This document shows positions 9,638 to 19,162 of a DNA stretch of 64,000 bases, piece after piece. The position numbers were made by a program, and so were the translations under genes. The stretch is from an uncultured Gemmatimonadaceae bacterium (GTDB lineage Bacteria; Gemmatimonadota; Gemmatimonadetes; Longimicrobiales; RSA9): positions 49,586-113,585 of the forward strand of contig CAYUIG010000002.1 in assembly GCA_964444685.1 (NCBI GenBank), written 5' to 3'. The notes under the pieces were generated by a model. It was not told the DNA's origin. It made no database searches and saw only the letters and a list, made by a program, of their open reading frames with translations. How positions within the stretch are numbered: the first letter of the stretch is position 1; every line of letters begins with the position of its first letter.

Positions 9638-10774
9638 ATGGTACTGTCACCGAGAAGCTGGCGATTCTGGGCGGTCGTGCTGGGCGGCTGCACGCTGGTC
9701 GGCCTTGCCGAGGCCACGCAGCTGCGCGCCGGTTCCGCCGCGGCCGGACAGGCCGCACCGTGGGGCCGGGCGCTCGGCTCCACGATGCCGTCGTGGTACA
9801 TCCTGGCGGCGCTGCTGCCGATCATCCTCTGGCTCGCCCGCCGCTTCCGCGTCGAGCGCGACAATCTCGCGCGGTCGATTCCCGTGCACCTCGTCGCGTC
9901 GGTGTTGTTCGCGGTCGTGCACCTCGCGCTCACCTCCTGGGTCAGCGACTTCCTGCTCTTTCCCGGACCGTTCCCGCTCACGTTCGGCGAGAACCTGGTC
10001 CGCCTGATGACGATATACTTCGTGCTCGACGTGCTCTACTACTGGGGCATCCTGGGCGTAGTGTACGCACTCGAGTTCGGGCGGCAGGTGCAGGAGGAGC
10101 GGCGCGCGGCCGCGGAGCTGGCACTCAAGGCGTCGCGCCTCGAGGCCGGACTGGCGCGCGCGAACCTCGAGGCTCTGCGCATGCAGCTCAATCCGCACTT
10201 CCTCTTCAACACGCTGAACTCGATTTCGGTGCTCGCGCTGAAGGGGCAGGGGCACACGGTCACGCGCATGCTCACACGTCTGAGCGACCTGCTCCGCCTC
10301 ACGCTCGAGAACGAGAATCAGGTCGTCACGCTCGATGAGGAGCTGGCGCTGCTGGCCCCCTACATCGAGATCGAGCAGGTGCGCTTCGGTGACCGCCTGC
10401 GCGTCACGCTCGACATCGCTGAGGAGACGCGCAACGCCGACGTGCCCAGCCTGCTGCTGCAGCCGCTCGTCGAGAACGCGATCCGCCACGGCATCGCGGC
10501 GCGGCCGGGGCCGGGCGAGGTGACGGTGCGCGCGCGCCGCGCGGGTGGACGTCTGCGGCTGGAGATTCTCGACACCGGGCCCGGCTTCCGTGAGAACGAT
10601 CCGACACATGGCGGCGGCGTCGGCCTCGGCAACACCCGCGCACGGCTGGAGCAGCTGTACGGCCATGCACACAAACTCGAGCGCGCGAACCGGCAGGGCG
10701 GCGGCGCGCGCGTGATGGTCGAGATTCCGCTGAAAACCACGACACCACCCTCGGAAGCTACGAGGTCCGCATGA
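9638..10774 (+). CDS. sensor histidine kinase, LytS/YehU-type (second copy)
   Basis: QLNPHFLFNTLNS and LLLQPLVENAIRHG motifs with a multi-TM N-terminus. Confidence 0.85.
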   Translation: MVLSPRSWRFWAVVLGGCTLVGLAEATQLRAGSAAAGQAAPWGRALGSTMPSWYILAALLPIILWLARRFRVERDNLARSIPVHLVASVLFAVVHLALTSWVSDFLLFPGPFPLTFGENLVRLMTIYFVLDVLYYWGILGVVYALEFGRQVQEERRAAAELALKASRLEAGLARANLEALRMQLNPHFLFNTLNSISVLALKGQGHTVTRMLTRLSDLLRLTLENENQVVTLDEELALLAPYIEIEQVRFGDRLRVTLDIAEETRNADVPSLLLQPLVENAIRHGIAARPGPGEVTVRARRAGGRLRLEILDTGPGFRENDPTHGGGVGLGNTRARLEQLYGHAHKLERANRQGGGARVMVEIPLKTTTPPSEATRSA

Positions 10775-11535
10775 AGGAAGTCATCCGCACGCTGATCGTG
10801 GACGATGAAGCGCTCGCACGCGACGGCGTCCGCATCCACCTCCAGCAGCAGCCGGACTTCGAGGTGGTCGGCGAGGCCGAGGATGGCACTGCGGCCGTGA
10901 ACGCGATCCGCGAGCTGGATCCCGATGTCGTGTTCCTCGACGTGCAGATGCCGGGGCTCGACGGATTCGGCGTGCTGCGCGAACTCGGTGCTGCTGCGCT
11001 GCCCGAGATCGTGTTCGTGACGGCGTACGACCAGTTCGCGCTCCAGGCGTTCGAGGCGCACGCGCTCGACTACCTGCTCAAGCCGTTCGATGCGGAGCGA
11101 TTCGGCGCATCGCTCGATCGCGTGCGCCGTCAGCTCACATCACGCCGCCGCGCTTCCGTCGACGACCGCCTCGCCGCGCTGCTCGCCGATCTCGATCAGC
11201 GGCCGCAATTCCTCGAGCGCGTGGCCGTGCGTTCGGGCAGCCGCATCGTCATCCTGCGCACCGCCGACATCGACTGGATCGAAGCGGCGGCCAACTACGT
11301 CAAGCTGCACGCAAACGGCCGTTCGTATCTGCTGCGCGAAACGATGAGCGGCATCGAACGCAGCCTCGATCCCGAACGGTTTCTGCGCATCCACCGCTCG
11401 ACGATCGTGAACCTCGATCGCGTGCGCGAGCTCGAGCCTCTGTTCCAGGGAGATTACCTCGTTCTGCTCCAGGACGGCACACGCCTCACGTCGAGCCGCG
11501 GCTACCGCGACAACATGCAGCGCCTGCTGGGCTGA
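10771..11535 (+). CDS. LytTR-family response regulator (second copy)
   Basis: LIVDDEALARD..DVVFLDVQMPGLDG receiver and a LytTR C-terminus (IDWIEAAANYVKLH..F.RIHRSTIVNL). ATGA overlap with the kinase. Confidence 0.9.
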   Translation: MKEVIRTLIVDDEALARDGVRIHLQQQPDFEVVGEAEDGTAAVNAIRELDPDVVFLDVQMPGLDGFGVLRELGAAALPEIVFVTAYDQFALQAFEAHALDYLLKPFDAERFGASLDRVRRQLTSRRRASVDDRLAALLADLDQRPQFLERVAVRSGSRIVILRTADIDWIEAAANYVKLHANGRSYLLRETMSGIERSLDPERFLRIHRSTIVNLDRVRELEPLFQGDYLVLLQDGTRLTSSRGYRDNMQRLLG

Positions 11536-11607
11536 TTTCCGCCGGGGGTAGCGCGCGGACCTTCGTCTGTTTACTCTTTCCACGGCGTCCCGCCACTTAT
11601 CCCCGAA

Positions 11608-12651
11608 GTGCCGATGAAGGACTCCGAACTCCTCGGCGCGCGTATCCTCATCGTAGATGACGAGCGCGCCAACGTGCAGCTTCTGCATGGGTTCCTGCGG
11701 GCTTCCGGCTACACGCACGTCCAGAGCACCTCTGACCCGACCACGGTGGTCGCGCTCGTGCGTTCGTTCGATCCGGACCTGATCCTGCTGGACCTGCGGA
11801 TGCCCGGCCTCGACGGTTTCGGCGTGCTGGAGCAGCTCCGGCCGTGGACCGAGAGCTTCTACCTGCCCGTCCTCGTGCTGACCGGAGATATTTCAGAGGA
11901 AGCGAAACGCCGATCGCTCGCATCGGGTGCGCGCGACTTCCTGCACAAGCCGCTCAATCTGGTTGAGACGCGGCTGCGCATCCGCAATCTGCTGGAAACC
12001 CGCTTCCTGCATCTCGAACTCCGCCGGCAGAACCAGACGCTCGAAGCACGCGTGCGCGAGCGCACGCGCGAACTGGAACTCACACAGCTCGAGATTCTGG
12101 ACCGGCTGTCGATGGCGGCCGACTGCCGGGATGACGACACCGGCCAGCACACGCGACGCGTCAGCCACGAAGCCGCGCGCCTGGCCGAAGCGATCGGGCT
12201 GCCGCCCGACACCGTGGACCTGATCGAGCGCGCCGCCGCACTGCACGACATCGGCAAGATCGGCGTGCCCGACAACGTGCTGCTCAAGCCGGGACGCCTC
12301 ACACCCGAGGAAGCCGCCGTGATCCGCCGCCATCCCGCGATCGGCGCGCGCCTCCTCGGTGGCGGCCGCTCCCCGCTCATCCGACTCGCCGAGCAGATCG
12401 CGCTCTGTCATCACGAGCGCTGGGACGGCACCGGCTATCCGCGCGGGCTGCGCGGCGCGCAGATCCCGATCGCAGCACGCATCGTTGCGCTCGTGGATGT
12501 CGTGGACGCGCTTGCCTACGACCGCCCCTACCGCCGCGCGTGGCCGCGCGAACGCGTGATCCAGGAGATCCGCAGCCAGTCCGGACGCCACTTCGATCCG
12601 GAGCTGGTCGAGGCGTGGGTGGAGATGGAAGGGGCGGCCGTCGCCGCCTGA
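11608..12651 (+). CDS. response regulator with HD-GYP phosphodiesterase output (RpfG-like)
   Basis: Receiver ILIVDDERANV..DLILLDLRMPGLDG, followed by HD-GYP signatures HDIGKIGVPD and HHERWDGTGYPRGL. Confidence 0.9.
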   Translation: MPMKDSELLGARILIVDDERANVQLLHGFLRASGYTHVQSTSDPTTVVALVRSFDPDLILLDLRMPGLDGFGVLEQLRPWTESFYLPVLVLTGDISEEAKRRSLASGARDFLHKPLNLVETRLRIRNLLETRFLHLELRRQNQTLEARVRERTRELELTQLEILDRLSMAADCRDDDTGQHTRRVSHEAARLAEAIGLPPDTVDLIERAAALHDIGKIGVPDNVLLKPGRLTPEEAAVIRRHPAIGARLLGGGRSPLIRLAEQIALCHHERWDGTGYPRGLRGAQIPIAARIVALVDVVDALAYDRPYRRAWPRERVIQEIRSQSGRHFDPELVEAWVEMEGAAVAA

Positions 12652-12751
12652 GTCGAGAGTCGAGAGTCGAGAGGCGAGAGTCGAGAGCTGGGAAATGGCG
12701 GGATCCCGCTTTTTCCCAGCTCCCAGCTCTCGACTCCCGACTCCCGACTCA
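12650..12751. repeat. family-1 element, GTCGAGA-heptamer subtype (full palindromic copy)
   Basis: The left arm is GAGTCGAGAGTCGAGAGTCGAGAGGCGAGAGTCGAGAG. The core is CTGGGAAATGGCGGGATCCCGCTTTTTCCCAGC. The right arm is TCCCAGCTCTCGACTCCCGACTCCCGACTC. Confidence 0.9.
12698..12714. terminator. core hairpin GCGGGATCCCGC + TTTTT, likely bidirectional terminator between convergent genes
   Basis: A perfect 12-bp palindrome followed by T5 on the plus strand. It is flanked by the complementary GCTGGGAAA/TTTCCCAGC pair and lies between 11608..12651(+) and 12760..13389(-). Confidence 0.65.
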
Positions 12752-12759
12752 GTGCGTCG

Positions 12760-13389
12760 TCACCGACGACGCACCACCCAGACCTCGTCCACCCGCCCGT
12801 CACGATTCCGATCGATCAGCAGCGCGAGCGGCCGTCCGCCGGAGCGGAGCTGCAGGCCGTAACCCTGCTGCGTGACGGACCACACGCCGCTCATCGCGCT
12901 CGCATACCCTGCGCGGCGACGATAATCCTCGAAGCGATCGAAGGACCGGCGGCCGAGCAGATCCATCAGCTCGCGGCGGTTGAGCTCCCGCTGCCGGTAG
13001 CGCGGATTGAAGAACCCTACGTCCCAGCGCACGCGCTCCCAGTCGCGGCGCCAGCGATCGTCGTCGCGGTACCAGTCATCGTTGCGCCGGCCGTCGCGAT
13101 CGCGATCCCGGCGGTAACGATCGTCGTCGCGGCCGTAGCCGCGCTCCGCGCACCACCGCCAGCCGTGCACAGGGTGCCCCTGCCCGTTGCGGCAGAAGGC
13201 CGGCCCGCGCCGGTCGTCGTTGCGGATGCGGTCGCGGTCCCGGTCGCGATCCCGGTCCCGCTCGTTTCGCTCTGCGCGCGCCCTCTGGTCGCGCTCCGCG
13301 CGCGCACGCCCCGCCTGCTGCGCCTCCGCCGGCGCTGCCGCTGCGACAATGGCCAGTCCGGCCGCGAGTGCGAGAATCCTGCGTTTCAT
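12760..13389 (-). CDS. secreted, extremely Arg/Asp-rich protein (RD-dipeptide repeats)
   Basis: MKRRILALAAGLAIVAAAAPAEAQ signal with GGAGG RBS. Contains an ERDRDRDRDRDRIRNDDRR run and many W/R/D repeats. Start moved to the internal Met carrying the signal peptide. Confidence 0.65.
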   Translation of the reverse strand: MKRRILALAAGLAIVAAAAPAEAQQAGRARAERDQRARAERNERDRDRDRDRDRIRNDDRRGPAFCRNGQGHPVHGWRWCAERGYGRDDDRYRRDRDRDGRRNDDWYRDDDRWRRDWERVRWDVGFFNPRYRQRELNRRELMDLLGRRSFDRFEDYRRRAGYASAMSGVWSVTQQGYGLQLRSGGRPLALLIDRNRDGRVDEVWVVRRR

Positions 13390-13535
13390 CCGAGCCTCCA
13401 TGATGCCTGACGTCAGCATGGAGGTACACGGGCCATGCCCGGACCGAGATCGTTGCGGCACAATGACAACCCCGGGACGAGTAGACGCGCGCGACCTCCA
13501 GCGGGCACAGTGCGCCGTCCTCGATGGCGGACAGA

Positions 13536-14378
13536 TCAGCGCTCGATCGTCAGTTCGGGATCAGGAGCAAGCTCCGAGATGCCGCGCGTGGCCCGTACGG
13601 TCCCCTCGCGGCGGATCGCAGCCATGCGCTCGCGGTTGCGACGCATGACCTCGCGGTCCTTCCACGGCTGCGCGTGGTGCAGGTGGAACGCGACCGCGCG
13701 ATGCCGGGCCTGGATGCCGCGCACGCCCGCGTTCACGAGACGGTAGCCCAGCGCGCGATCCAGGCCGCCGTACCCCATCTCCCCCTCGAAGCCGTTCACC
13801 TCGAAGAGCGCGTCCTTCCAGACGGAAGCGTTGTTCCCGTGAAAGTGCGTGCGCGTGGGTGTGACCGCGTCCAGCAGCGCGGACAGTGTCCGCGAACGCA
13901 GCAGCCGCAGTGCGCGCCGTCTCGGCCGCCAGCCGATGGAACGAAGCCATGCGACGTCGCCGATCCGCCCGCTCGCCACATCCTCTGCCGTCACCCGCGC
14001 CGTCACGTCCGCGGGCAGCTTGAGGTATCCGCCGGCCACGAACCGGTCGGGGCGCGCAAGTCGCCGGTGCACGGCGATGAGGTCGTTGCGCGGGATGCAG
14101 TCGCCATCGGTGAAGAGCAGGTAGTCTCCGCCTGCGGCGACGATCGCGCGGTTCAGGATGTCGCATTTCCGGAATCCATCGTCCGCGTGCCGCACGTGCA
14201 CGATGGTGAGCCCGGTCTCATCCCGCAGCGAGCGGATGCGCGACGCCGTTCCCGCACCCGATCCATCATCGGCGATCAGGATCTCGACGTCGCGGTCGGT
14301 CTGCACGGCGTAACCGCGCAGCACGAGCTCGAGCGCGTCGGGCCGCTCGTATGTGGAAATGATGACGGAGATCTTCAT
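13536..14378 (-). CDS. glycosyltransferase family 2
   Basis: MKISVIISTYERPDALELVL..ILIADDGS is the classic GT2 N-terminus. The track N-terminal extension was rejected because it overlaps the upstream gene. Confidence 0.85.
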   Translation of the reverse strand: MKISVIISTYERPDALELVLRGYAVQTDRDVEILIADDGSGAGTASRIRSLRDETGLTIVHVRHADDGFRKCDILNRAIVAAGGDYLLFTDGDCIPRNDLIAVHRRLARPDRFVAGGYLKLPADVTARVTAEDVASGRIGDVAWLRSIGWRPRRRALRLLRSRTLSALLDAVTPTRTHFHGNNASVWKDALFEVNGFEGEMGYGGLDRALGYRLVNAGVRGIQARHRAVAFHLHHAQPWKDREVMRRNRERMAAIRREGTVRATRGISELAPDPELTIER

Positions 14379-15064
14379 GCGCCGCGCGGTACGCCCAGCA
14401 CCTCGGACGTGCGGCGCACGTCGTCGCCGAGGATGGGGCGCACCGAGTAGTCCAGCCTCTCGAGCCGGTCGATGCAACGCGCGTGCACATCCGCGCCGTG
14501 CGTCGAGAGGAAGAGCACCGGCCGCGCCGCGAACGTGCGCGCGCCGCCCTCGAGCACATCCATCTCCGCACCTTCGACATCCAGCTTCACGACATCGGGA
14601 ACGAGCCCGTGCTCCGCGCACAGGTCATCCAGCCTGCGCATGCGCACCTCGAGTGCACCCCCTTCAGCGACGCGTCCCGTTCCGCTCCCGGTGCCTTCGT
14701 CGAAACGCGCGGCGCCTTCGCGCGCACCGACTGCGACGTTCTCGATGTGCACGTTCTCGAGCCGGTTGAGCGAGACGTGCCGGCGCAGGAACGCGCAGTT
14801 GCGCGGATGCGGTTCGAACGACCACACGCGCCCTTCTTTCCCGGCGAGCCGCGCGGCGAGGAGTGTGTAGTAGCCGACGTGCGCACCGATGTCGAACACG
14901 GTGGCGCCGGGCCGCACGTGCTCGAGGAAGAGCGCGGTCTGCTCCGGCTCGTACGTCCCGAGGAGTACGCGCGCGAGCTTGCCGCCGCTCGACGGGAGCC
15001 ACTTCGTCCCGCGCAGCGGCCCCGCCGCGATCGGCACCGCGGGTCCATACCATGGATCGGCCAT
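14375..15064 (-). CDS. FkbM-family SAM-dependent methyltransferase
   Basis: VFDIGAHVGYYTLLAA..VWSFEP.P.N...L..N pattern typical of Methyltransf_21/FkbM. 4-bp overlap with the GT2 start. Confidence 0.8.
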   Translation of the reverse strand: MADPWYGPAVPIAAGPLRGTKWLPSSGGKLARVLLGTYEPEQTALFLEHVRPGATVFDIGAHVGYYTLLAARLAGKEGRVWSFEPHPRNCAFLRRHVSLNRLENVHIENVAVGAREGAARFDEGTGSGTGRVAEGGALEVRMRRLDDLCAEHGLVPDVVKLDVEGAEMDVLEGGARTFAARPVLFLSTHGADVHARCIDRLERLDYSVRPILGDDVRRTSEVLGVPRGA

Positions 15065-15159
15065 GCGTGAGAGTGTGTGCCGGCGCTGTTCGCGTCAACG
15101 CGCGTTGACGCGGTGAGCGCGCTGCGGCTAACGTCTTCGCGAACCTTCAGGAGGCCGCC

Positions 15160-15657
15160 ATGCGCATGCACCCAACCCTCGCCCTCATCGCCGTGCTGGC
15201 GGCGTGCGAGTCTGGACCCGATGCAGGACAGGTCGCGGAGGATGCCATCGAAACCGCAAACCGGGCGGTCACGGAGACGCTGACGGAGGTCGGGCTCGGC
15301 GAGCCCGTGGATTACACGCTCACGATCGAGAAGGCGCGCGCGTGGCGGGCCGCGATGCAACGGGTGGAGGGCCTGAAGTCCGGGGAGGAGAAGGCGGTCG
15401 ACCTGCAGGGCGACAACGTGCTGGCCGAACTCGAGGCCGAGCTGGAGCGGGACCCGCGCATGGTCGAGGCCATCCGGGCCGAAGGGCTGACCGTCCGGGA
15501 GTTCAGCATTCTGACGGTACTGCTGCCCCAGGCCCTGGTCATCCACGAAACCCGTAAGGCGGGCGTGGACCTGTCCTTCCCCATGGTCACTGACGACCAC
15601 GTCGCCTTCGTGGCCGCCCACGAGGCCGAGCTGCGCCGGATCCTGGACGACGATTGA
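15160..15657 (+). CDS. hypothetical lipoprotein
   Basis: MRMHPTLALIAVLAACESG lipobox with AGGAGG RBS. The mature part is helical and acidic. Confidence 0.6.
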   Translation: MRMHPTLALIAVLAACESGPDAGQVAEDAIETANRAVTETLTEVGLGEPVDYTLTIEKARAWRAAMQRVEGLKSGEEKAVDLQGDNVLAELEAELERDPRMVEAIRAEGLTVREFSILTVLLPQALVIHETRKAGVDLSFPMVTDDHVAFVAAHEAELRRILDDD

Positions 15658-15733
15658 CTGGTCCGTCCCGCCGGGGATTCACGCTTTTCACCGATGAGGG
15701 CAGGACCGAACCGAGACCCGGAGGACGACACCC

Positions 15734-16591
15734 ATGCTCCACTCTGTCGGAAGGGCCGCCGCGATCGGGCTGGTCGCGGCCACGTTCACGGCCCCGCGCG
15801 CCGCAGCGCAGGTCACCCCCGAGCTCCCGACCGTGAACGGCCGGGTCTCCGCCATCACCTTCTTCGAGATGGGTCCGGACTTCCCGGCCCTCGAGGACCG
15901 CCACTTCTCGAAGGAGTTCGACGTTGCCAGCGCCCGCTTCATCTCGACGCAGCTCGAGCTCGAGATGCCGGCACCGGGTCGCGTGGTGCAGATCCCGATC
16001 GTGTGCACCTACTTCCGCCCCGATGGGTCGGAGATGGGCAGCGCCGACCTGTCGTTCGAGATCCAGCCCGACTGGACCCGGCCCTACAACGCGCAGGGGC
16101 GCGGGTGGGCCGACGCCGGCAACTGGACCGTCGGCACCTATCGCGTCCGCTGCCTGAACGACGGGCGCGTCGTGGCCGAGGACACGTTCGAGATCGTGAA
16201 CAAGCCGCCCACGATCCCGAGCATCGGCGGCAAGCTGATGCAGCTGCGCTTCTACGCGTCCAGTGAAGGGACCGTCGCGCGCGAGCAGCGCCAGTACACG
16301 TCCAGCTTCCCGGCGAGCACGGCCTACATCAACATGGAGCTCCAGCTCGACCACGAGCCCATCGGCCGCACCGCCGAGGTGCCGATCGCCTGTCCCGTTG
16401 TCCGCCAGGACGGCACGCTAGCGGCCACGTACCGGATCTCCTTCGAGATTCAGGGTGACTGGCGAGACACCTTCGGCTCCACCGGCTGGGGTACCGCCGC
16501 CGGCGGCTGGTGGCGGCCCGGCGTGTACCGCGTATACTGCGTCGCCGAGGGGAATCTGATCGGGGAAGGCTGGTTCCGGGTCGAGGGCTGA
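15734..16591 (+). CDS. hypothetical secreted protein with internal two-domain duplication
   Basis: Signal peptide ending AAAQ. Two ~125-aa halves share FEIQ.DW....G.GW......W..G.YRV.C. GGAGG RBS. Confidence 0.65.
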   Translation: MLHSVGRAAAIGLVAATFTAPRAAAQVTPELPTVNGRVSAITFFEMGPDFPALEDRHFSKEFDVASARFISTQLELEMPAPGRVVQIPIVCTYFRPDGSEMGSADLSFEIQPDWTRPYNAQGRGWADAGNWTVGTYRVRCLNDGRVVAEDTFEIVNKPPTIPSIGGKLMQLRFYASSEGTVAREQRQYTSSFPASTAYINMELQLDHEPIGRTAEVPIACPVVRQDGTLAATYRISFEIQGDWRDTFGSTGWGTAAGGWWRPGVYRVYCVAEGNLIGEGWFRVEG

Positions 16592-16598
16592 TACGTTC

Positions 16599-16702
16599 CT
16601 GGAGTCTGGTGTCTGGTGTCTGGTGTCTGGTTGACGAGGGGTCCCGGGGGGTACCCCGCCGTAAATCAGACTCCAGACTCCAGACCCCAGTCTCCAGACT
16701 CC
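16599..16702. repeat. family-1 element, GTCTGG-hexamer subtype (full palindromic copy, inverted orientation)
   Basis: The left arm is CTGGAGTCTGGTGTCTGGTGTCTGGTGTCTGGT. The core contains GGGGTACCCC and CGCCGTAAA. The right arm is TCAGACTCCAGACTCCAGACCCCAGTCTCCAGACTCC. Confidence 0.9.
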
Positions 16703-16774
16703 GAAGCAACGGGATCCTCCACCCACCATCGCGGTATACACCGCGACCCGCAGAAGACGAGGAACCCGACCCCG

Positions 16775-17563
16775 ATGAAGACGCTGCGCCCCTTCGCCCT
16801 GCTCATCCTGCTGCTTCCCGGCTGTGCCGGGCTCCGTTTCGTATCCGATAACGAACCGGCTGCATCGGGCGCGCCGGCGCCGGTCGCACTGCCGGTCTCG
16901 CCGCGCATGGCGCCGCCGGCGGACGAAGCGGCATTGCGCGTATGGAACGAGGCGAACGCAGCGCGCGGCACGCGCATCGTCGTTTCGACGGGCGCGCGCA
17001 CGCTCTGGCTGATGCGCGACTCGATCGTCGTGTTCGCGGCACCGGTCGCGGTCGGGATGCACGAGCAGTTCTCCTACGGCGACCGCACGTACGACTTCAA
17101 GACGCCGATCGGGCGGCGCAAGGTGCTGCGCAAGGCGTTGAACCCGGTGTGGACGCCGCCGGAGTGGCACTACTACGAACAGGTGGTACAGCGCGGGCTG
17201 GAGCCGGTGCAGCTCAGGAAGGGCAGCCGCGTCGGGCTGGCCGACGGCACGCGCATCGAAGTGCGCGGCGACCAGGTCGGCCGCGTCAACCATCTCGGCA
17301 ACTTCTGGCCGTTCACCCCGGGCATGGAGATCATCTTCGACGGCAAGATCTTCATCCCGCCCTATGGCACGGTGCAGCGGCAGATTCCCGATGTGCTGGG
17401 CACGCACAAACTGGAGATGGGCGACGGCTACCTGATCCACGGCACGAACGAAGAAGACTCGATCGGCGAGGCGGTGAGCCACGGCTGCGTGCGGATGTAT
17501 AACGCCGACGTGGAGCGCCTCTACGAGATCGTGCCCGTCGGGACGCCGGTCTTCATCTACTGA
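16775..17563 (+). CDS. L,D-transpeptidase (YkuD domain) lipoprotein
   Basis: MKTLRPFALLILLLPGCAG lipobox and the catalytic HGTNEEDSIGEAVSHGCVRM motif. The track N-terminal extension translates the repeat element and was rejected. Confidence 0.85.
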   Translation: MKTLRPFALLILLLPGCAGLRFVSDNEPAASGAPAPVALPVSPRMAPPADEAALRVWNEANAARGTRIVVSTGARTLWLMRDSIVVFAAPVAVGMHEQFSYGDRTYDFKTPIGRRKVLRKALNPVWTPPEWHYYEQVVQRGLEPVQLRKGSRVGLADGTRIEVRGDQVGRVNHLGNFWPFTPGMEIIFDGKIFIPPYGTVQRQIPDVLGTHKLEMGDGYLIHGTNEEDSIGEAVSHGCVRMYNADVERLYEIVPVGTPVFIY

Positions 17564-17566
17564 TCT

Positions 17567-19162
17567 TCAGGCGGCCGCTCTCGTCCGGCTGCGGATCAGT
17601 CTCTCGAAGCGCGCGAGCAGCACCGGATCGAACATGCGGCCGGAGTCTCGCCGCATGATCTCGAGTGCCTCGTCCGGCGAGCTCGGATCGCGATACGGCC
17701 TGCGTGTGGTGAGCGCGTCGAATACGTCCGCAATGCACAGGATGCGCGCAGTCAGCGGAATCGCCTCGCCTGCCAGACCATCCGGATATCCGGTTCCATC
17801 CCAGCGCTCGTGGTGGCCGCGCACCATCGGGCGAACATCCCACGGGAACTCGATCCGTGAGAGCATGTCGTCGCCCATGATCGTATGCCGCTTCATGATC
17901 GCCCACTCCTGCGGATCCAGCTTGCCGGGCTTGCGGAGAATGTGCGGCGGCACACCCGTCTTCCCCACGTCGTGCAGGAACGCGCCCATCCGGAACCAGG
18001 TGAGCGTCTGCGCATCGATGCCGCTCTTCGCGGCCAGCATGCACGCATAGTCGGCGACGCGTTCGCAGTGGCCGGCGGTGTACTGGTCCGTGGCTTCGAT
18101 CGAGTCGCCCCACTGCCGTACGATGTCGAGGAACAGGGCTTCGAGTGCGCCGAGCTGCCGGTCGACATCCTCGAGCAGTTTGCGCGCGCGCAGGTCGCGG
18201 TAGATGCGGTGCGCGCGCAGCAGCGCCTGGAGTGCGGCCTGGTTGCGCTCCTGCGCGCGGTGCACGAGTGCCAGCTCGGACTGCACCTCCGCCTCGAGCA
18301 CCGGGTTGGCAAAGCGATTCGCCACTTCCATTGCGGCTGCGAACCACGTTTCCGCCTGCTCGTAGTTCTCCTGCCGGCGATGGATGATGCCGTACCACTT
18401 GTACGTTTCACCGAGGGCGACCTCGTGCTCGACACGCCCGGCGAGGTAGCGTGCGCGGTCGCAGACGATGAGTGCTTCCGACAGCCGGCCGCGGCGCACC
18501 AGCAGATCGATCCGGTTGACCTCGATCATTGCGCGCGAGCGCCGGTCGCCGAGCTGCTCGCAGATGCGGGCCGCTTCGTCGAGCGTGCGTTCTGCGGTGA
18601 CCCAGCGCTCGAGATCCGTCTGCAGCATTCCCAGATTGTTCAACAGGCGCGCGACCGAGGCCTGGTCGTCGAGCTCGCGGTAGGCGGCGAGGCTTTCGGT
18701 GTAGTGCGCGAGTGCGGCGTCCAGATCGCCCTGAAGATTCAGGATCGCGCCCAGGTTCTGTCCCACCATCGCGGCGAGCCGGCGGTCGCCGTGGCGGTCC
18801 GCCAGCCGCTCCGCACGCCGGTAGTACTTCTTCGCCTCGTCCAGCCGCCCGCGCTCCTGGCAGTAGATGCCCATCCAGTTGAGTGCATGCGCCGTCGCGC
18901 GTCCGTCGCGGTGGCGCCGTGCGCATTCGAGGCTCGCCTGGAAGCAGTCCCACGCGGCCTCGCCGTTTCCCTCGACGCGATGCGTCGCGCCGATCCAGCG
19001 CAGCAGCGCGGGTGTCTGCACTTCGGCTTCAGGCATGCGCATGACTTTCTCGTACAGCGTGCGCGCTTCGCTGGTGCGGCCTGTCGATTCCAGTTCGCGC
19101 GCTTCGGCGATCAGCGCTTCCATCCCCTGCGGCGGTGCCGGCCGCCCCATGCGTGGGCTCAT
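17567..19162 (-). CDS. TPR-repeat protein with C-terminal HD-GYP phosphodiesterase domain
   Basis: About 330 aa of TPR-like repeats, then HCERVADYA..FLHDVGKTGVP..GHHERWDGTGYPDGL. Confidence 0.85.
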   Translation of the reverse strand: MSPRMGRPAPPQGMEALIAEARELESTGRTSEARTLYEKVMRMPEAEVQTPALLRWIGATHRVEGNGEAAWDCFQASLECARRHRDGRATAHALNWMGIYCQERGRLDEAKKYYRRAERLADRHGDRRLAAMVGQNLGAILNLQGDLDAALAHYTESLAAYRELDDQASVARLLNNLGMLQTDLERWVTAERTLDEAARICEQLGDRRSRAMIEVNRIDLLVRRGRLSEALIVCDRARYLAGRVEHEVALGETYKWYGIIHRRQENYEQAETWFAAAMEVANRFANPVLEAEVQSELALVHRAQERNQAALQALLRAHRIYRDLRARKLLEDVDRQLGALEALFLDIVRQWGDSIEATDQYTAGHCERVADYACMLAAKSGIDAQTLTWFRMGAFLHDVGKTGVPPHILRKPGKLDPQEWAIMKRHTIMGDDMLSRIEFPWDVRPMVRGHHERWDGTGYPDGLAGEAIPLTARILCIADVFDALTTRRPYRDPSSPDEALEIMRRDSGRMFDPVLLARFERLIRSRTRAAA

